This document shows, in pieces, positions 14,913 through 25,897 of a stretch of 51,598 nucleotides of DNA. Source of the DNA: Clostridiales bacterium (lineage in GTDB: Bacteria; Bacillota; Clostridia; Oscillospirales; UBA644); the NCBI GenBank assembly GCA_016281805.1, contig JAEEJJ010000130.1, positions 1-51,598 on the forward strand. Direction: 5' to 3'. The notes below the pieces were generated by a model, which made no database searches, was not told where the DNA came from, and saw only the letters and a list, made by a program, of their open reading frames with translations. Numbering within the stretch: position 1 is the stretch's first letter; each line of letters opens with the position of its first letter. The translations under genes were made by a program, and so were the position numbers.

Positions 14913-16331
14913 TTATTCTCCGTATATTTCATACGCAGTTCTGAGACGAGGAAGAAGATTTTTTTCTGATTTTGAATATTGGATATCTTTGAATTTTGCA
15001 AGCGTTTCGGATGGTGTGCGGACAAGAAAATCGTTCCAGATGTCAAAGAGTCCGTCCATAGTTGCAAAAAAGTATGTTTTATCTGCATCTGCGAGTTCAT
15101 AAAACAATTCGGAATCACGCGGGTCAAGAAAGAAATTCTTGTCAAGATAATCAATTATATCTTCCTTAGTTTCGTATCCTTCAAAAGGCTCATAAAGACT
15201 ATCCATAACAACGGCTGTAGCTTCTGCATCAGGCGCTGTGACGGGAATACAGATCGTGAAATCAGTCGATTCGTTATACGCCTGATACCAGCCGGGAGCA
15301 GCATCCGGTCCGTTAGGATATGGAACTATACCGTAATTATTGAGGTTATACGCAACGGAGTCGGTATTTGAAAGAATTTCAAAAGCATCAAGATTGCCGA
15401 GGACAGCGCGACCGGTTATAAGAGGATCAAGACCGGGCTCATCGAGAATATTATAAGATGTCGGACCATTCATCCACTCATACCACTGATTCAGAGCAAG
15501 AAGAGCAGTATCGGTATACAGACCGAGTTCAAACGTATCTTCTTTGGCGTTGTATGTAATATACTCGTCACCGTTTGAAAATGCGACGGAACGCACAAAT
15601 CTGCTTGCATCACTTGCAAAAGAATATACTTTATCTCCGCTCATAGCGTTAAAAGTATAATTATTAAGGACATCGGTGAATGTATCCCAGTTCCACGTGC
15701 CGTTTTCGTAATAATCCCTCGGATCCGTAACACCCAGAGTGGAAATATAATCTTCATTTATACCTATTATTCCTGCGACTGAATTCTGAGTCCGGAGCGG
15801 ATGCATTGCAGGGACAACGCCATATACGGCGCCGTTCCACATAGTAGAGAGAAGAAGCTGCCTGTTGCCCCATTTTGCCTGATTGGATACATCTATATTT
15901 TCAAGAAGAGCAAGATCGGTGAAAATACCTATAGGGATATATCCGACAAGCCAGTATGACTCTTCCTGTATAAGGTCATACGTATACGAATTGGAGAGAA
16001 CATCGATATACGCCGCCTCCCCTGCCCTTGAAACATACCGAAATTCGATTTTGCAGTTATGCTTATTTTCAACATCACGAAGACGCTGAAGAGCAAGATC
16101 GCCGAATTCGGTATTGTATATGAATGTAAGGACAGAATCTTTACCTTCAAAAAAATAGTCCTTCACCATACCGAAAACAAAATTTTTTCCGCTCAGATCA
16201 AGGTCTCCCGTGATACTCGAAGAGTATTCGGGTATCACTTCGTCGGACTGTCCCGCGGAACACGCAACAAGCAAGATCATAACCACGCAAAGAAGAAAGG
16301 AGATAATATGCAAAAAAGTATTGTTTTTCAT
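14913..16331 (-). CDS. extracellular solute-binding lipoprotein (ABC substrate-binding family 1-like), orphan
   Basis: Lipobox LLVAC-S. Overall SBP-like composition. It is a paralog of the 34038-35459 product. The ATG at 16331 follows GAGGTGG. Confidence 0.75.
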   Translation of the reverse strand: MKNNTFLHIISFLLCVVMILLVACSAGQSDEVIPEYSSSITGDLDLSGKNFVFGMVKDYFFEGKDSVLTFIYNTEFGDLALQRLRDVENKHNCKIEFRYVSRAGEAAYIDVLSNSYTYDLIQEESYWLVGYIPIGIFTDLALLENIDVSNQAKWGNRQLLLSTMWNGAVYGVVPAMHPLRTQNSVAGIIGINEDYISTLGVTDPRDYYENGTWNWDTFTDVLNNYTFNAMSGDKVYSFASDASRFVRSVAFSNGDEYITYNAKEDTFELGLYTDTALLALNQWYEWMNGPTSYNILDEPGLDPLITGRAVLGNLDAFEILSNTDSVAYNLNNYGIVPYPNGPDAAPGWYQAYNESTDFTICIPVTAPDAEATAVVMDSLYEPFEGYETKEDIIDYLDKNFFLDPRDSELFYELADADKTYFFATMDGLFDIWNDFLVRTPSETLAKFKDIQYSKSEKNLLPRLRTAYEIYGE

Positions 16332-16356
16332 AATCCACCTCAAGATATATCATATG

Positions 16357-18030
16357 TTATTCTGTTTTTGAGATCATATCAAGAAAGATATCAACGGTCT
16401 GAGTCCATTCCTCCACTTTTTCAAGGCCTGTTTCAGCCGCAACTCTTCTGAAAAATGAAATATACGACGCTTTTTCGTCTTCGCTGTTATAAAGCTTTGC
16501 CTTGAGGATAGCGTAAACGAGACCGAGCTTGTCCTCTTCAACGCGAAGCAGCAGTTTTTTATCGTCTTTCACTGCATTTTCGGCGGAAGAGAATAGATCA
16601 AGATATGTGGGAATTATTTCTTTTGATAAGAATTTTTCATCCTGCGGCTGACCGAAAATCGAAAGAGGTTCACCTGTTTTTTCAAGTTCATCCGCCATTG
16701 TATCAAGATATTTTTCTATATATGGAGCTGCTGCACCATAGTAAGCGGAAATAAAATCGTGTTTGACTTTTTCAGTATCTATATACGGATCCCATGAGAG
16801 TTTTGCGAGAAGATATGCTCGAAGAGCCCAAAAATCGCCGTTTTTTTCGCGGTTTCCCTGATTGAAAATCGAACGGACGTTGTTTTCATAAAAGAAACGC
16901 ATATTCGGTCCTAGTATTCTGAAATTCGGGAAAGGCGATATAAGATTTGAGAACTGAATATCATAATCCCAGAGGAAAATATTTCCGCAATAATGATGCC
17001 AAACGGACAGGTCTTTGACAAAGCTTTCGCATTGAGGATTTTTTTCTATCGGTTTTGATCGGTCGCACTCGATATTGCAAAGCATTATATGTACATTTTT
17101 ACGCATCTCTATTTTTTTCGGAGCAGTGCGGCTGTACCAGTAAGAGAGCGTTGATATGATTTTGTCGGGGAAAGCATCTGCAACTTTATTGACAAAATAC
17201 ATGATAGATCCGATATGAGAGCCTGCTTCTTCGTCAAGTTTGCGGCATTTATCGCACGTGCAGAAACGCGCATTGTCATTTTGAGATACCGACCAGTATT
17301 TTGCCCCCGGTTTTTCATCAATAAACCGTTTCAGATTTTTGATAGCGGTTTTTATCATTTCGTCGTTTGTGCAGCAAAGCTGACCGTCATTGATACGTTC
17401 GCCATCTACAAGAGAATAATATTCGGGATGTTCAGTGTAGTATTCTGCAGGCGGGATAAGATTAAAGAACGAATGACACCAGAAACCCCAGTTTTTGTGT
17501 CCCTCAAGGATCTTCCTGTTTTTCACGTACGAAAACTGTCCGTTCAGCTTATGCTTTTCGGCAAAAACAGGATCCCATGCATCGCGATAAAAGACCTCTC
17601 TGTAATCAATGGCAGGCTTACTGACATCAAATGTTCCGTCCGGGATTTCAAGTGAGCAGCGATGCGGTATATAATCTTCGGTTGAAGTCAGCCACATACA
17701 TCCAGCATATTTTTCAAGAAATTCATAGCAACCGAATATCAGAGAGTTTTCGCTGGCGGCAAGTATAAATACAGTTCCGTTTTTTTCTGCGATAACAAAG
17801 CCTTCGCTGCCAAGATCTTCATTTATTTCGGGAGAAAAATCAAAAGGGAAAACATCGAGGATAATCTTATTTTTCAGACATTTATCACAAACACTCTTTG
17901 CAATGGGTATCATGCAGTCTGTAACATCAAAAATATATTTTCGAAGAATTCCCGCAGCGCGGTTTATACTTTCCGTTTTTTTCGGAAATGCAATTTCACA
18001 AGCCGGCGAATGCCTGTCCACTAGTATCAT
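16357..18030 (-). CDS. DUF4838-like putative glycoside hydrolase
   Basis: About 557 aa. The Cys cluster CTCDKCRKLDEEAGS and the surrounding pattern recall DUF4838 (GH20-related) proteins. I chose the ATG at 18030, which follows AAAGGGG. Confidence 0.5.
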   Translation of the reverse strand: MILVDRHSPACEIAFPKKTESINRAAGILRKYIFDVTDCMIPIAKSVCDKCLKNKIILDVFPFDFSPEINEDLGSEGFVIAEKNGTVFILAASENSLIFGCYEFLEKYAGCMWLTSTEDYIPHRCSLEIPDGTFDVSKPAIDYREVFYRDAWDPVFAEKHKLNGQFSYVKNRKILEGHKNWGFWCHSFFNLIPPAEYYTEHPEYYSLVDGERINDGQLCCTNDEMIKTAIKNLKRFIDEKPGAKYWSVSQNDNARFCTCDKCRKLDEEAGSHIGSIMYFVNKVADAFPDKIISTLSYWYSRTAPKKIEMRKNVHIMLCNIECDRSKPIEKNPQCESFVKDLSVWHHYCGNIFLWDYDIQFSNLISPFPNFRILGPNMRFFYENNVRSIFNQGNREKNGDFWALRAYLLAKLSWDPYIDTEKVKHDFISAYYGAAAPYIEKYLDTMADELEKTGEPLSIFGQPQDEKFLSKEIIPTYLDLFSSAENAVKDDKKLLLRVEEDKLGLVYAILKAKLYNSEDEKASYISFFRRVAAETGLEKVEEWTQTVDIFLDMISKTE

Positions 18031-18157
18031 TTTTATACCCCTTTCGGTTTTCGATATCGATATTATAGCATATCCGCTCATAAAATTCAACCCATGGAAT
18101 CATCTTTGGAATAAAAAAAATGTTTGATAAAATATATGGACAATTTATCAAAAGTGC

Positions 18158-18186
18158 TTGACAAATAATTGCCTCAATGATATAAT
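18158..18186 (+). promoter_or_regulatory. fucI promoter (TTGACA-17-TATAAT)
   Basis: Perfect hexamers at 18158-18163 and 18181-18186. Confidence 0.65.
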
Positions 18187-18221
18187 AAAGTATATTAACA
18201 AATGTTAAGGAGATTACTACT

Positions 18222-19994
18222 ATGGCAAACAGACTTAAAGGCAGACTGCCGAAAGTAGGTATCCGTCCCTGTATTGACGGAAGACGTTTCGGACCTCGCG
18301 AATCGCTTGAAGATCAGACGATGAATATGGCAAAAAGCGCAGCCGAACTGATTTCTTCGAATCTTCACCATTCATCTGGCGAAACGGTTGAATGCGTTAT
18401 AGCCGATACATGCATTGGCGGCGTTGCTGAAGCGGCGGCATGCCAGGATAAATTTGACAGAGAAGGCGTAGGCGTAGTGCTTACCGTAACGCCCTGTTGG
18501 TGCTACGGAACTGAAACAACACATCAGGTACCGGGCGTACCCACAGCTATCTGGGGATTTAATGGAACTGAAAGGCCGGGCGCTGTATATCTTGCATCGG
18601 CGCTTGCCAGCCACAGCCAGAAGGGACATCCCGCATTCGGTATTTACGGAAAAGATGTAAAAGATAAAGACGACACATCCATTCCCGAAGATGTTAAAGA
18701 AAAAATACTCAGATTTGTAAAAGCAGGTCTTGTTGTAGCAACCCTCAAAGGCAAGAGTTATCTTGCAATGGGCAATGTTGCAATGGGTATCGGCGGCTCT
18801 ATTCCCAATGAAGAAGTATTTCAGAATTATCTCGGCATGAGAAACGAATATATCGATATGGTAGAATTCAGAAGAAGAATAGACCTTGAGATATATGATC
18901 ATGAAGAATTTGACAAGGCAATGATCTGGGTCAAAAAGCATTGCAAAGAGGGAATTGAAATCAACGCAAAACCGCTCACCCGCGAACAGAAGGACAAAAA
19001 CTGGGAAACCTGCGTAAAGATGTTCCTTATTGCGAGAGATCTTATGATAGGCAACCCCAAGCTTGCCGAAATAGGCTGGGTTGAAGAAAGCAACGGTCAC
19101 AATGCAATAGCAGCAGGCTTCCAGGGTCAGAGACAGTGGACAGACCATATGCCCAACGGTGATTTCCTTGAAGCTATGCTCTGCTCCTCGTTTGACTGGA
19201 ACGGCACGCGCGAAGCATTTGTTGTAGCGACGGAAAACGATGCGCTCAACGGCGTTGCCATGCTTCTTTCGCACCTTATTTCCGATAAAGCGGCAGGCTT
19301 TGCGGATGTGAGAACATTCTGGAACGCTGAGTCGATCGAAAGAGTTACAAAGTGGAAACCCGAAGGAAGAGCAGCTACCGGCATTATTCATCTTACCAAT
19401 TCAGGCGCCTGCTCTCTTGACCTTTCCGGCGAACAGACAAAAGACGGAAAGCCTGTTTGCAAGCCTTTCTGGGAGATCACGGATGAAGAAGTTGAGAAAT
19501 GCATGGAAGCAACTCCGTTTGCAAATGCAAATCTCGAATATTTCCGCGCGGGCGGATTCTGCTCGAATTTCAAGACAAAAGACGGCATGCCGCTGACGAT
19601 GGTCAGAGTTAACTACATTAAAAATCTCGGTCCCGTAATTCAGATCGCTGAAGGATGGTCTGTAGCTCTTCCGGATGATGTTCAGAAAATTCTTGCGGAC
19701 AGAACAGACCCGCAGTGGCCTCAGACATGGTTCTCCCCCCGTCTTACCGGAACAGGCGCTTTCAAAGACGCATATTCCGTTATGGCAAACTGGGGCGCAA
19801 ACCATTGCGCATTCACATACGGACATATCGGTGCGGACCTTATCACTCTTGCATCTATGCTCAGAATTCCCGTATGCATGCATAATGTTGACGAAGACAA
19901 GATATTCCGTCCGTCCACTGTTGCAGCTTTCGGCATGGACAAGGAAGGGGCAGATTTCAGATACTGCCAGGCATACGGTCCTATTTACAGATAA
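18222..19994 (+). CDS. fucI: L-fucose isomerase
   Basis: 590 aa, collinear with E. coli FucI ([52 protein letters not shown]). Confidence 0.95.
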   Translation: MANRLKGRLPKVGIRPCIDGRRFGPRESLEDQTMNMAKSAAELISSNLHHSSGETVECVIADTCIGGVAEAAACQDKFDREGVGVVLTVTPCWCYGTETTHQVPGVPTAIWGFNGTERPGAVYLASALASHSQKGHPAFGIYGKDVKDKDDTSIPEDVKEKILRFVKAGLVVATLKGKSYLAMGNVAMGIGGSIPNEEVFQNYLGMRNEYIDMVEFRRRIDLEIYDHEEFDKAMIWVKKHCKEGIEINAKPLTREQKDKNWETCVKMFLIARDLMIGNPKLAEIGWVEESNGHNAIAAGFQGQRQWTDHMPNGDFLEAMLCSSFDWNGTREAFVVATENDALNGVAMLLSHLISDKAAGFADVRTFWNAESIERVTKWKPEGRAATGIIHLTNSGACSLDLSGEQTKDGKPVCKPFWEITDEEVEKCMEATPFANANLEYFRAGGFCSNFKTKDGMPLTMVRVNYIKNLGPVIQIAEGWSVALPDDVQKILADRTDPQWPQTWFSPRLTGTGAFKDAYSVMANWGANHCAFTYGHIGADLITLASMLRIPVCMHNVDEDKIFRPSTVAAFGMDKEGADFRYCQAYGPIYR

Positions 19995-20125
19995 TCACAC
20001 TTCATCGCTGCCGCGTTTTGCTTCGCGGCAGCGATAATAGTTTACCTGATATCGGAAAATGTCTGACGTTATAAATGTCATAAACAAGACACAAAGATGA
20101 CAATATTATTTAGACTTTTCAGATG

Positions 20126-20154
20126 TTGATTTTTAATAGAAAATATTATATAAT
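20126..20154 (+). promoter_or_regulatory. xpt promoter (TTGATT-17-TATAAT)
   Basis: Hexamers at 20126-20131 and 20149-20154. Confidence 0.55.
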
Positions 20155-20184
20155 AGTATATAATTATTTAGCGGGTGACGCAGA

Positions 20185-20754
20185 ATGAAACTTCTTGAGG
20201 AAAGAATTCTTAAAGACGGAAAAATAGGCGCAGGCGATGTGCTGAAAGTTGACTGTTTTGTCAACCATCAGATCGATGTCCCTTTTATGTATGAGGTCAC
20301 AAAAGAGTTTTACAGACTTTTCAAAGATGAAAATGTTACAAAAATAGTGACTATTGAGGCCTCGGGGATCGGTATAGCATGCCTTGCCGCAACACATTTT
20401 AACGTACCCGTTGTTTTTGCAAAAAAGACACCCACAAACAATATTTTCGGCGATGTTTACACAGCACAGGTCTACAGTTATACACATGAACGAAATTATA
20501 CCGTCAGAATATCAAGAGAATTTCTTAATCCCGATGACAGAGTATTGATCATTGACGATTTTCTTGCCAAAGGCAGTGCTCTGACAGCTCTTATTTCGCT
20601 TGTTCAAAAAGCCGGCGCGAAAGTTGTCGGCGCAGGCATCGTAATAGAAAAAATGTATCAGAACGGCGGCAAAATCGTCCGGGATTCGGGAATTCGTGTT
20701 GAATCTCTTGCAAAAATAAGCTCTATGGATGAAAACGGAATAATTTTCGAATAA
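20185..20754 (+). CDS. xpt: xanthine phosphoribosyltransferase
   Basis: 189 aa. Contains MKLLEERILKDGKI, VDCFVNHQID and the PRPP loop VLIIDDFLAKGSA. Confidence 0.9.
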   Translation: MKLLEERILKDGKIGAGDVLKVDCFVNHQIDVPFMYEVTKEFYRLFKDENVTKIVTIEASGIGIACLAATHFNVPVVFAKKTPTNNIFGDVYTAQVYSYTHERNYTVRISREFLNPDDRVLIIDDFLAKGSALTALISLVQKAGAKVVGAGIVIEKMYQNGGKIVRDSGIRVESLAKISSMDENGIIFE

Positions 20755-20824
20755 AAATCAAAGTCAGTAAACGCCTTGTGCGTTGAAATATTATAAAAAT
20801 AGAAAATTCAGGAGGTACAAACCA

Positions 20825-22096
20825 ATGAACAGAAAAATTCTTGCTGCGTTTATAGCAATAGCAATGTTGCTTTCCGCAGTAGCAGCCCTTGCCGGCTGTA
20901 ACGGTGACACTGCTGTTGAAGCAAGTGAAACCGATCCCCTTCTTCCCGCATTTGCTATCGAGAAGTTTGACGTATCTGAAGATTTCAAAATCGGCGTTAT
21001 CTGCCTGCATGATGAAAACTCCACATATGACAACAACTTCATCAAATCCATCAAAAGAACACAGGAAGCTCTCGGTCTTTCCGATTCACAGGTTCTCATA
21101 AAGACAAACATCCCCGAAAGCTCAGCTTGTGAAGACGCTGCTAAAGAGCTCGCTGAAAACGGATGCAAAATTGTATTTGCAGACAGTTTCGGACATGAAG
21201 AACACATGATCGCTGCTGCCAAGGCTTATCCGGATGTTGAATTCTGTCACGCTACCGGAACCAGAGCAGCTACAGAAGGTCTTGCAAACTTCCACAACGC
21301 TTTCGCAGCTATTTACGAAGGTCGTTTTCTTGCAGGTATAGTTGCAGGTCTTAAGCTCAACGAGATGATCGATGCAGGCAAAATCACAGCAGAACAGGCA
21401 GTTATGGGTTATGTCGGTGCATACACATACGCTGAAGTTATATCCGGTCTTACTTCTTTCTATCTCGGCGCTAAATATGTTTGCCCGTCAGTTACAATGA
21501 AAGTTCGTTACACAGGTTCTTGGTATGATCAGGCTGCAGAACAGGAAGCTGCAAATGCTCTTATCAAAACAGATAAATGTGTTCTTATAAGCCAGCATGC
21601 AGACTCTCTCGGTGCTCCGAGTGCTTGTGAAGCAGAAGGCGTTCCCAATGTTTCTTACAACGGAAGCACAATCAGCGCAGGCGAAACAACATTCCTTATT
21701 TCTTCTGCTATCGACTGGGCTCCTTACTTTGCATACATAATCAAACAGGTTCAGGACGGCAATCCCATTGACGCAAACTGGACAGGCGACATTTCTACAG
21801 GTTCTGTTATTCTTACAGGACTTAACACCGCAACGATGAATGACAAAATGAAGACTGAAGTTGAATCTGCCGTAGCTAAATTCAAAGCAGGAACACTTCA
21901 CGTATTCGATACTTCCACATTCACAGTTGGTGGCGAAGAAGTTACTTCTTATCTTGCAGATGTTGAATACGACACATCATTCACACCTGATACAGAAGTT
22001 GTATCCGACGGATACTTCCATGAATCCGAATACCGTTCCGCTCCTTATTTCGATCTCAGAATCGACGGTATTGAATTCATAAATGAAATGTATTAA
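20825..22096 (+). CDS. BMP-family (PnrA/Med-like) nucleoside-binding ABC lipoprotein
   Basis: GGAGG RBS, then the ATG at 20825. Lipobox LAGC-N. BMP-type body of about 423 aa. Cognate ATPase and permease genes follow. Confidence 0.8.
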   Translation: MNRKILAAFIAIAMLLSAVAALAGCNGDTAVEASETDPLLPAFAIEKFDVSEDFKIGVICLHDENSTYDNNFIKSIKRTQEALGLSDSQVLIKTNIPESSACEDAAKELAENGCKIVFADSFGHEEHMIAAAKAYPDVEFCHATGTRAATEGLANFHNAFAAIYEGRFLAGIVAGLKLNEMIDAGKITAEQAVMGYVGAYTYAEVISGLTSFYLGAKYVCPSVTMKVRYTGSWYDQAAEQEAANALIKTDKCVLISQHADSLGAPSACEAEGVPNVSYNGSTISAGETTFLISSAIDWAPYFAYIIKQVQDGNPIDANWTGDISTGSVILTGLNTATMNDKMKTEVESAVAKFKAGTLHVFDTSTFTVGGEEVTSYLADVEYDTSFTPDTEVVSDGYFHESEYRSAPYFDLRIDGIEFINEMY

Positions 22097-22119
22097 TTTT
22101 CATTAACCAATAATACCCC

Positions 22120-22151
22120 AATAAGGCGGGGCCTCTGCCCCGCCTTATTTT
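22120..22151 (+). terminator. intra-operon terminator/attenuator after the binding-protein gene
   Basis: Stem ATAAGGCGGGGC / GCCCCGCCTTAT with a CTCT loop, followed by a short T-run. Confidence 0.7.
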
Positions 22152-22169
22152 AATACGGAGGCCTTTCTG

Positions 22170-23723
22170 ATGTCTGAATCGATCAATAAGAATTACGCTT
22201 TGCAGCTTCGCAATATTACAAAGTCATTCGGAACAAAAGTAATTGCGAACAAAAACGTTGATCTTGATGTCCGCTACGGTGAAGTTCTTGCCATTCTCGG
22301 AGAAAACGGAAGCGGTAAAACGACACTGATGAACATGATCGCGGGAATTTATCACCCTGACAGCGGCGAGATTTATGTAAACGGAGAAAAAGCTTCAATA
22401 AACTCACCCAAAGATGCATTCAGATACAAAATCGGAATGGTCCACCAGCATTTTAAGCTTGTTGATCTGTTTACTGCTACTGAAAATATTATTCTCGGTA
22501 TCAACGACGGCAAAAAGTATAATATTGCAAAAGCAACAGATGAAGTTAAAAAAATTTCGCAGAAATACGGATTTGTTCTTGATCCTAATAAAAAGATCTA
22601 TGAAATGTCTGTTTCGGAAAAACAGACAGTCGAAATAATAAAAGTTTTATATCGTGGCGCAGATATTCTTATCCTTGATGAGCCTACAGCCGTTTTAACA
22701 CCTCAGGAGACAGAAAAGCTGTTTGATGTTATTCGCAACATGCGAAAAGACGGAAAATCGATTTTGATAATAACTCACAAGCTTCATGAGGTTCTTGCGA
22801 TTTCAGACAGGGTAAGTGTTTTGAGAAAAGGCGAACATATCGCAACGGTAAACACATCGGAAACTACCGAAAACGAACTTACCGAGATGATGGTAGGTAA
22901 AAGGATATCTTTGAACATCGGCAGATCGGAACCGAAAAACGCAACAGACAGACTTGTGGTTTCAGGTATCAATCTTACTAACCCGGATGGGGTTAAGGTG
23001 CTGAAAGATATTTCATTTACAGCAAAAGCGGGCGAAATTCTCGGTATTGCCGGTATTGCCGGCAGCGGTCAGAGAGAACTTCTTGAAGCGATAGCAGGGC
23101 TCAGGACACTTGACAGCGGAAGTGTAACGTATATCAATCCCTCTGATTCTCAAATAACGGAGCTGAGAAGTAAAACTCCCCTGCAGATAAGAGAACTCGG
23201 CGTTAGACTTTCTTTTGTTCCCGAAGACAGACTGGGCATGGGGCTCGTTGGGAACATGGATATAATAGACAATATGATGCTTCGCAGTTATAAAAAAGGA
23301 AAATCGGTTTTTGTTGACCGACAACCCCCAAAACAGCTTGCCGAGGAAATAATAGAAAGCCTTGAAGTAGTGACTCCAAGCGCTCAGACCCCTGTAAGAC
23401 GGCTTTCGGGAGGAAATGTTCAGAAGGTCCTTGTAGGAAGAGAGATCGCCTCGGCGCCGTCTGTGCTTATGGTTGCATATCCCGTAAGAGGACTTGATAT
23501 CAATTCATCATATACTATTTATAACCTGCTGAACAAGCAGAAAGAAAACGGCGTTGCAGTTATTTATGTTGGCGAAGACCTTGACGTTCTTCTTGAATTA
23601 TGTGACAGAATACTTGTTTTGTGCGCAGGAACGGTTTCAGGGATACTTGACGGCAGGACGGCTGAAAAAGAGGAAGTCGGGTTGATGATGACGAAAGTGA
23701 ATGGAGTGAAAGCTAATGAATAA
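22170..23723 (+). CDS. ABC transporter ATP-binding protein with duplicated ATPase domains (nucleoside/sugar type)
   Basis: Walker A GENGSGKTT, signature motifs MSVSEKQ and LSGGNVQK, and two nucleotide-binding domains in 517 aa. Confidence 0.9.
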   Translation: MSESINKNYALQLRNITKSFGTKVIANKNVDLDVRYGEVLAILGENGSGKTTLMNMIAGIYHPDSGEIYVNGEKASINSPKDAFRYKIGMVHQHFKLVDLFTATENIILGINDGKKYNIAKATDEVKKISQKYGFVLDPNKKIYEMSVSEKQTVEIIKVLYRGADILILDEPTAVLTPQETEKLFDVIRNMRKDGKSILIITHKLHEVLAISDRVSVLRKGEHIATVNTSETTENELTEMMVGKRISLNIGRSEPKNATDRLVVSGINLTNPDGVKVLKDISFTAKAGEILGIAGIAGSGQRELLEAIAGLRTLDSGSVTYINPSDSQITELRSKTPLQIRELGVRLSFVPEDRLGMGLVGNMDIIDNMMLRSYKKGKSVFVDRQPPKQLAEEIIESLEVVTPSAQTPVRRLSGGNVQKVLVGREIASAPSVLMVAYPVRGLDINSSYTIYNLLNKQKENGVAVIYVGEDLDVLLELCDRILVLCAGTVSGILDGRTAEKEEVGLMMTKVNGVKANE

Positions 23724-24855
23724 GACAGCAGTTTCCACAAAAGATTATACGCATGTGAAAAAAGCTCCGTTCATAACAATTACGAAACGAGACGCTACGT
23801 CGCTGAAAAGAAATATACTTGTTCGTGTAATTGCGATAATAGCAGCACTTGTAGTATCATCTGTTATCACCTTGCTTATCACAGGCGAAAATCCCATCAG
23901 ACTTTTTTCGACCGTTATTGACGGCGCTTTCGGACAGTTCAGAATATGGGGAACGGCACAGTCAGTTGCAATGCTGTTGGGTATCGCACTGGCACTGACT
24001 CCTGCATTCAAGATGAAATTCTGGAATACCGGAGGGGAAGGACAGGTGCTTATAGGCGCTCTCGCATCGGCTCTTGTGATGATGACAGCATCCTCTCTCC
24101 CCCATTGGCTTGCGTGCATACTTGTTGTTCTTGCCGGAATTTGTGCAGGCGCGATATGGGGCATAATACCTGCTGTATTTAAGGCATACTGGAAAACTAA
24201 CGAGACGCTGTTCACGCTGATGATGAACTATGTTGCGATACAGCTGATCAAGTTTTTCCTTAAAGTTGCGGATAAGAGCGGATCGAGCACTGTTGGACCG
24301 AGTCTTCTGCAATACGGCAGACTGCCTGTTATTTTTGAGCAGCAGTATATGCTGAATATTATTGTTGTTGCCGTGCTGACGGCAATGATGTATATATACC
24401 TCAGAACAAGCAAACACGGATATGAAATCGCTGTTGTAGGTGAAAGCGAAAACACGGCGAAATATATAGGAATAAACGTTAAAAAAGTAATTATCAGAAC
24501 TATGGCTCTATCGGGTGCGCTTTGCGGTCTGATCGGAGTGCTGCTTGTAGGGGCAACATCATATTCCATTGACCCGAACCTTGCTGCAGGCAACGGCTTT
24601 ACAGCAATAATGGTTTCGTGGCTTGCAAAATTCAATCCGATAATCATGATATTCACAACGTTGCTGATCGTGGTTTTGAGCAGAGGCGCGGAAAACGTTT
24701 CAATGACACTCGGTCTCAACAAATCGTTTTCAGATATTCTTACGGGTATAATCCTCTTTTTCATTATAGGTTGTGAATTCTTTATAAATTACAAAATTCA
24801 TTTCAATATTGCAAAAAAGGAAAGTAAGGAGGTTGAATTCAATGGCAATAATTGA
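23716..24855 (+). CDS. ABC transporter permease
   Basis: Polytopic membrane protein that overlaps the ATPase stop. It belongs to the BMP-type transporter family by context. Confidence 0.85.
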   Translation: MNKTAVSTKDYTHVKKAPFITITKRDATSLKRNILVRVIAIIAALVVSSVITLLITGENPIRLFSTVIDGAFGQFRIWGTAQSVAMLLGIALALTPAFKMKFWNTGGEGQVLIGALASALVMMTASSLPHWLACILVVLAGICAGAIWGIIPAVFKAYWKTNETLFTLMMNYVAIQLIKFFLKVADKSGSSTVGPSLLQYGRLPVIFEQQYMLNIIVVAVLTAMMYIYLRTSKHGYEIAVVGESENTAKYIGINVKKVIIRTMALSGALCGLIGVLLVGATSYSIDPNLAAGNGFTAIMVSWLAKFNPIIMIFTTLLIVVLSRGAENVSMTLGLNKSFSDILTGIILFFIIGCEFFINYKIHFNIAKKESKEVEFNGNN

Positions 24856-25831
24856 GCAGATAGTCGAGCTTATTGTCAGGGCAATAATGCAGGGCACTCC
24901 CCTGCTGTTCGGATCTACCGGTGAAATACTTACCGAGAAATCCGGAAATCTCAACCTCGGTATTCCGGGAATAATGTATATAGGCGCAATTTCGGGCGTT
25001 ATAGGCGGATTTTTCTATCAGAATTCCACTTCAAAAGTAATAACCGTGCTTGCGATAATAATTCCTTTGCTGAGCAGTCTTGCAGGATCCTTACTTGCTT
25101 CACTGATTTACGGCTTTCTGACGATAACTCTTCGCGCGAATCAGAATGTAACAGGTCTTGCACTGACTACTTTCGGTGTAGGATTAGGCAATTTCTTCGG
25201 CGGTTCGCTTATTAAGATAACAAACAGCGACACACCTTTTCTTGCCCTTTCAAAAATATCGGCAGCATACCGAACTACGCTGCCATTTGCAAATAATCTC
25301 GGTATTTTCGGCCAGCTGTTTTTCTCTTACGGTTTTATGGTTTATCTTGCGGTAGTGATTGCGCTTGCAGTATCCTTTATTCTTAAACGAACAAGGATCG
25401 GGCTGCAGCTGCGTGCTGTAGGCGAAAGCCCCGCAACAGCCGATGCCGCCGGAATAAATGTAAACAAATACAAATATTTTGCAACGTGCATAGGCGGAAT
25501 GATCGCCGGTCTTGGCGGACTGTATTACATTCTTGACTATTCAAAAGGAATATGGGCAAACGACGCATTCGGAGACAGAGGCTGGCTTGCTATAGCAATA
25601 GTAATATTCGCAATATGGAGGCCGAACATCAGTATCCTCGGTTCATACCTCTTCGGCGGTCTTTACATACTGTTCAATTATGTTTCGGTATCAATGAATC
25701 TTTTGCCTCTTATGCAGATGCTGCCTTATGTAGTAACAATAATCGTTCTTGTTATTGTAAGCATGAGAAAGAAGAGAGAAAACCAACCGCCCGCATCGCT
25801 CGGAACGAATTATTTCAGAGAAGAGCGGTAA
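24842..25831 (+). CDS. ABC transporter permease
   Basis: AAGGAGG RBS, then the ATG at 24842. Polytopic membrane protein. Confidence 0.85.
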   Translation: MAIIEQIVELIVRAIMQGTPLLFGSTGEILTEKSGNLNLGIPGIMYIGAISGVIGGFFYQNSTSKVITVLAIIIPLLSSLAGSLLASLIYGFLTITLRANQNVTGLALTTFGVGLGNFFGGSLIKITNSDTPFLALSKISAAYRTTLPFANNLGIFGQLFFSYGFMVYLAVVIALAVSFILKRTRIGLQLRAVGESPATADAAGINVNKYKYFATCIGGMIAGLGGLYYILDYSKGIWANDAFGDRGWLAIAIVIFAIWRPNISILGSYLFGGLYILFNYVSVSMNLLPLMQMLPYVVTIIVLVIVSMRKKRENQPPASLGTNYFREER

Positions 25832-25846
25832 AATCATTATAAACGC

Positions 25847-25877
25847 AAAAAATCCCGTGTTTCCACGGGATTTTTTT
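25847..25877. terminator. rho-independent terminator
   Basis: Stem AAAAAATCCCGTG / CACGGGATTTTTT. Confidence 0.85.
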
Positions 25878-25897
25878 ATAGATGGTTTATCAATGCG

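Noticed and set aside
18372-19391. 339-aa ORF on the minus strand.
   Set aside because: It lies entirely antisense to fucI, which is full-length and collinear with E. coli FucI. The antisense translation is Cys/Phe/Arg-rich with no motifs.
20000-20184. Purine (guanine) riboswitch upstream of xpt, as in B. subtilis.
   Set aside because: None of the conserved purine-riboswitch loop or junction sequences is present. The region contains only a promoter and an AT-rich leader.
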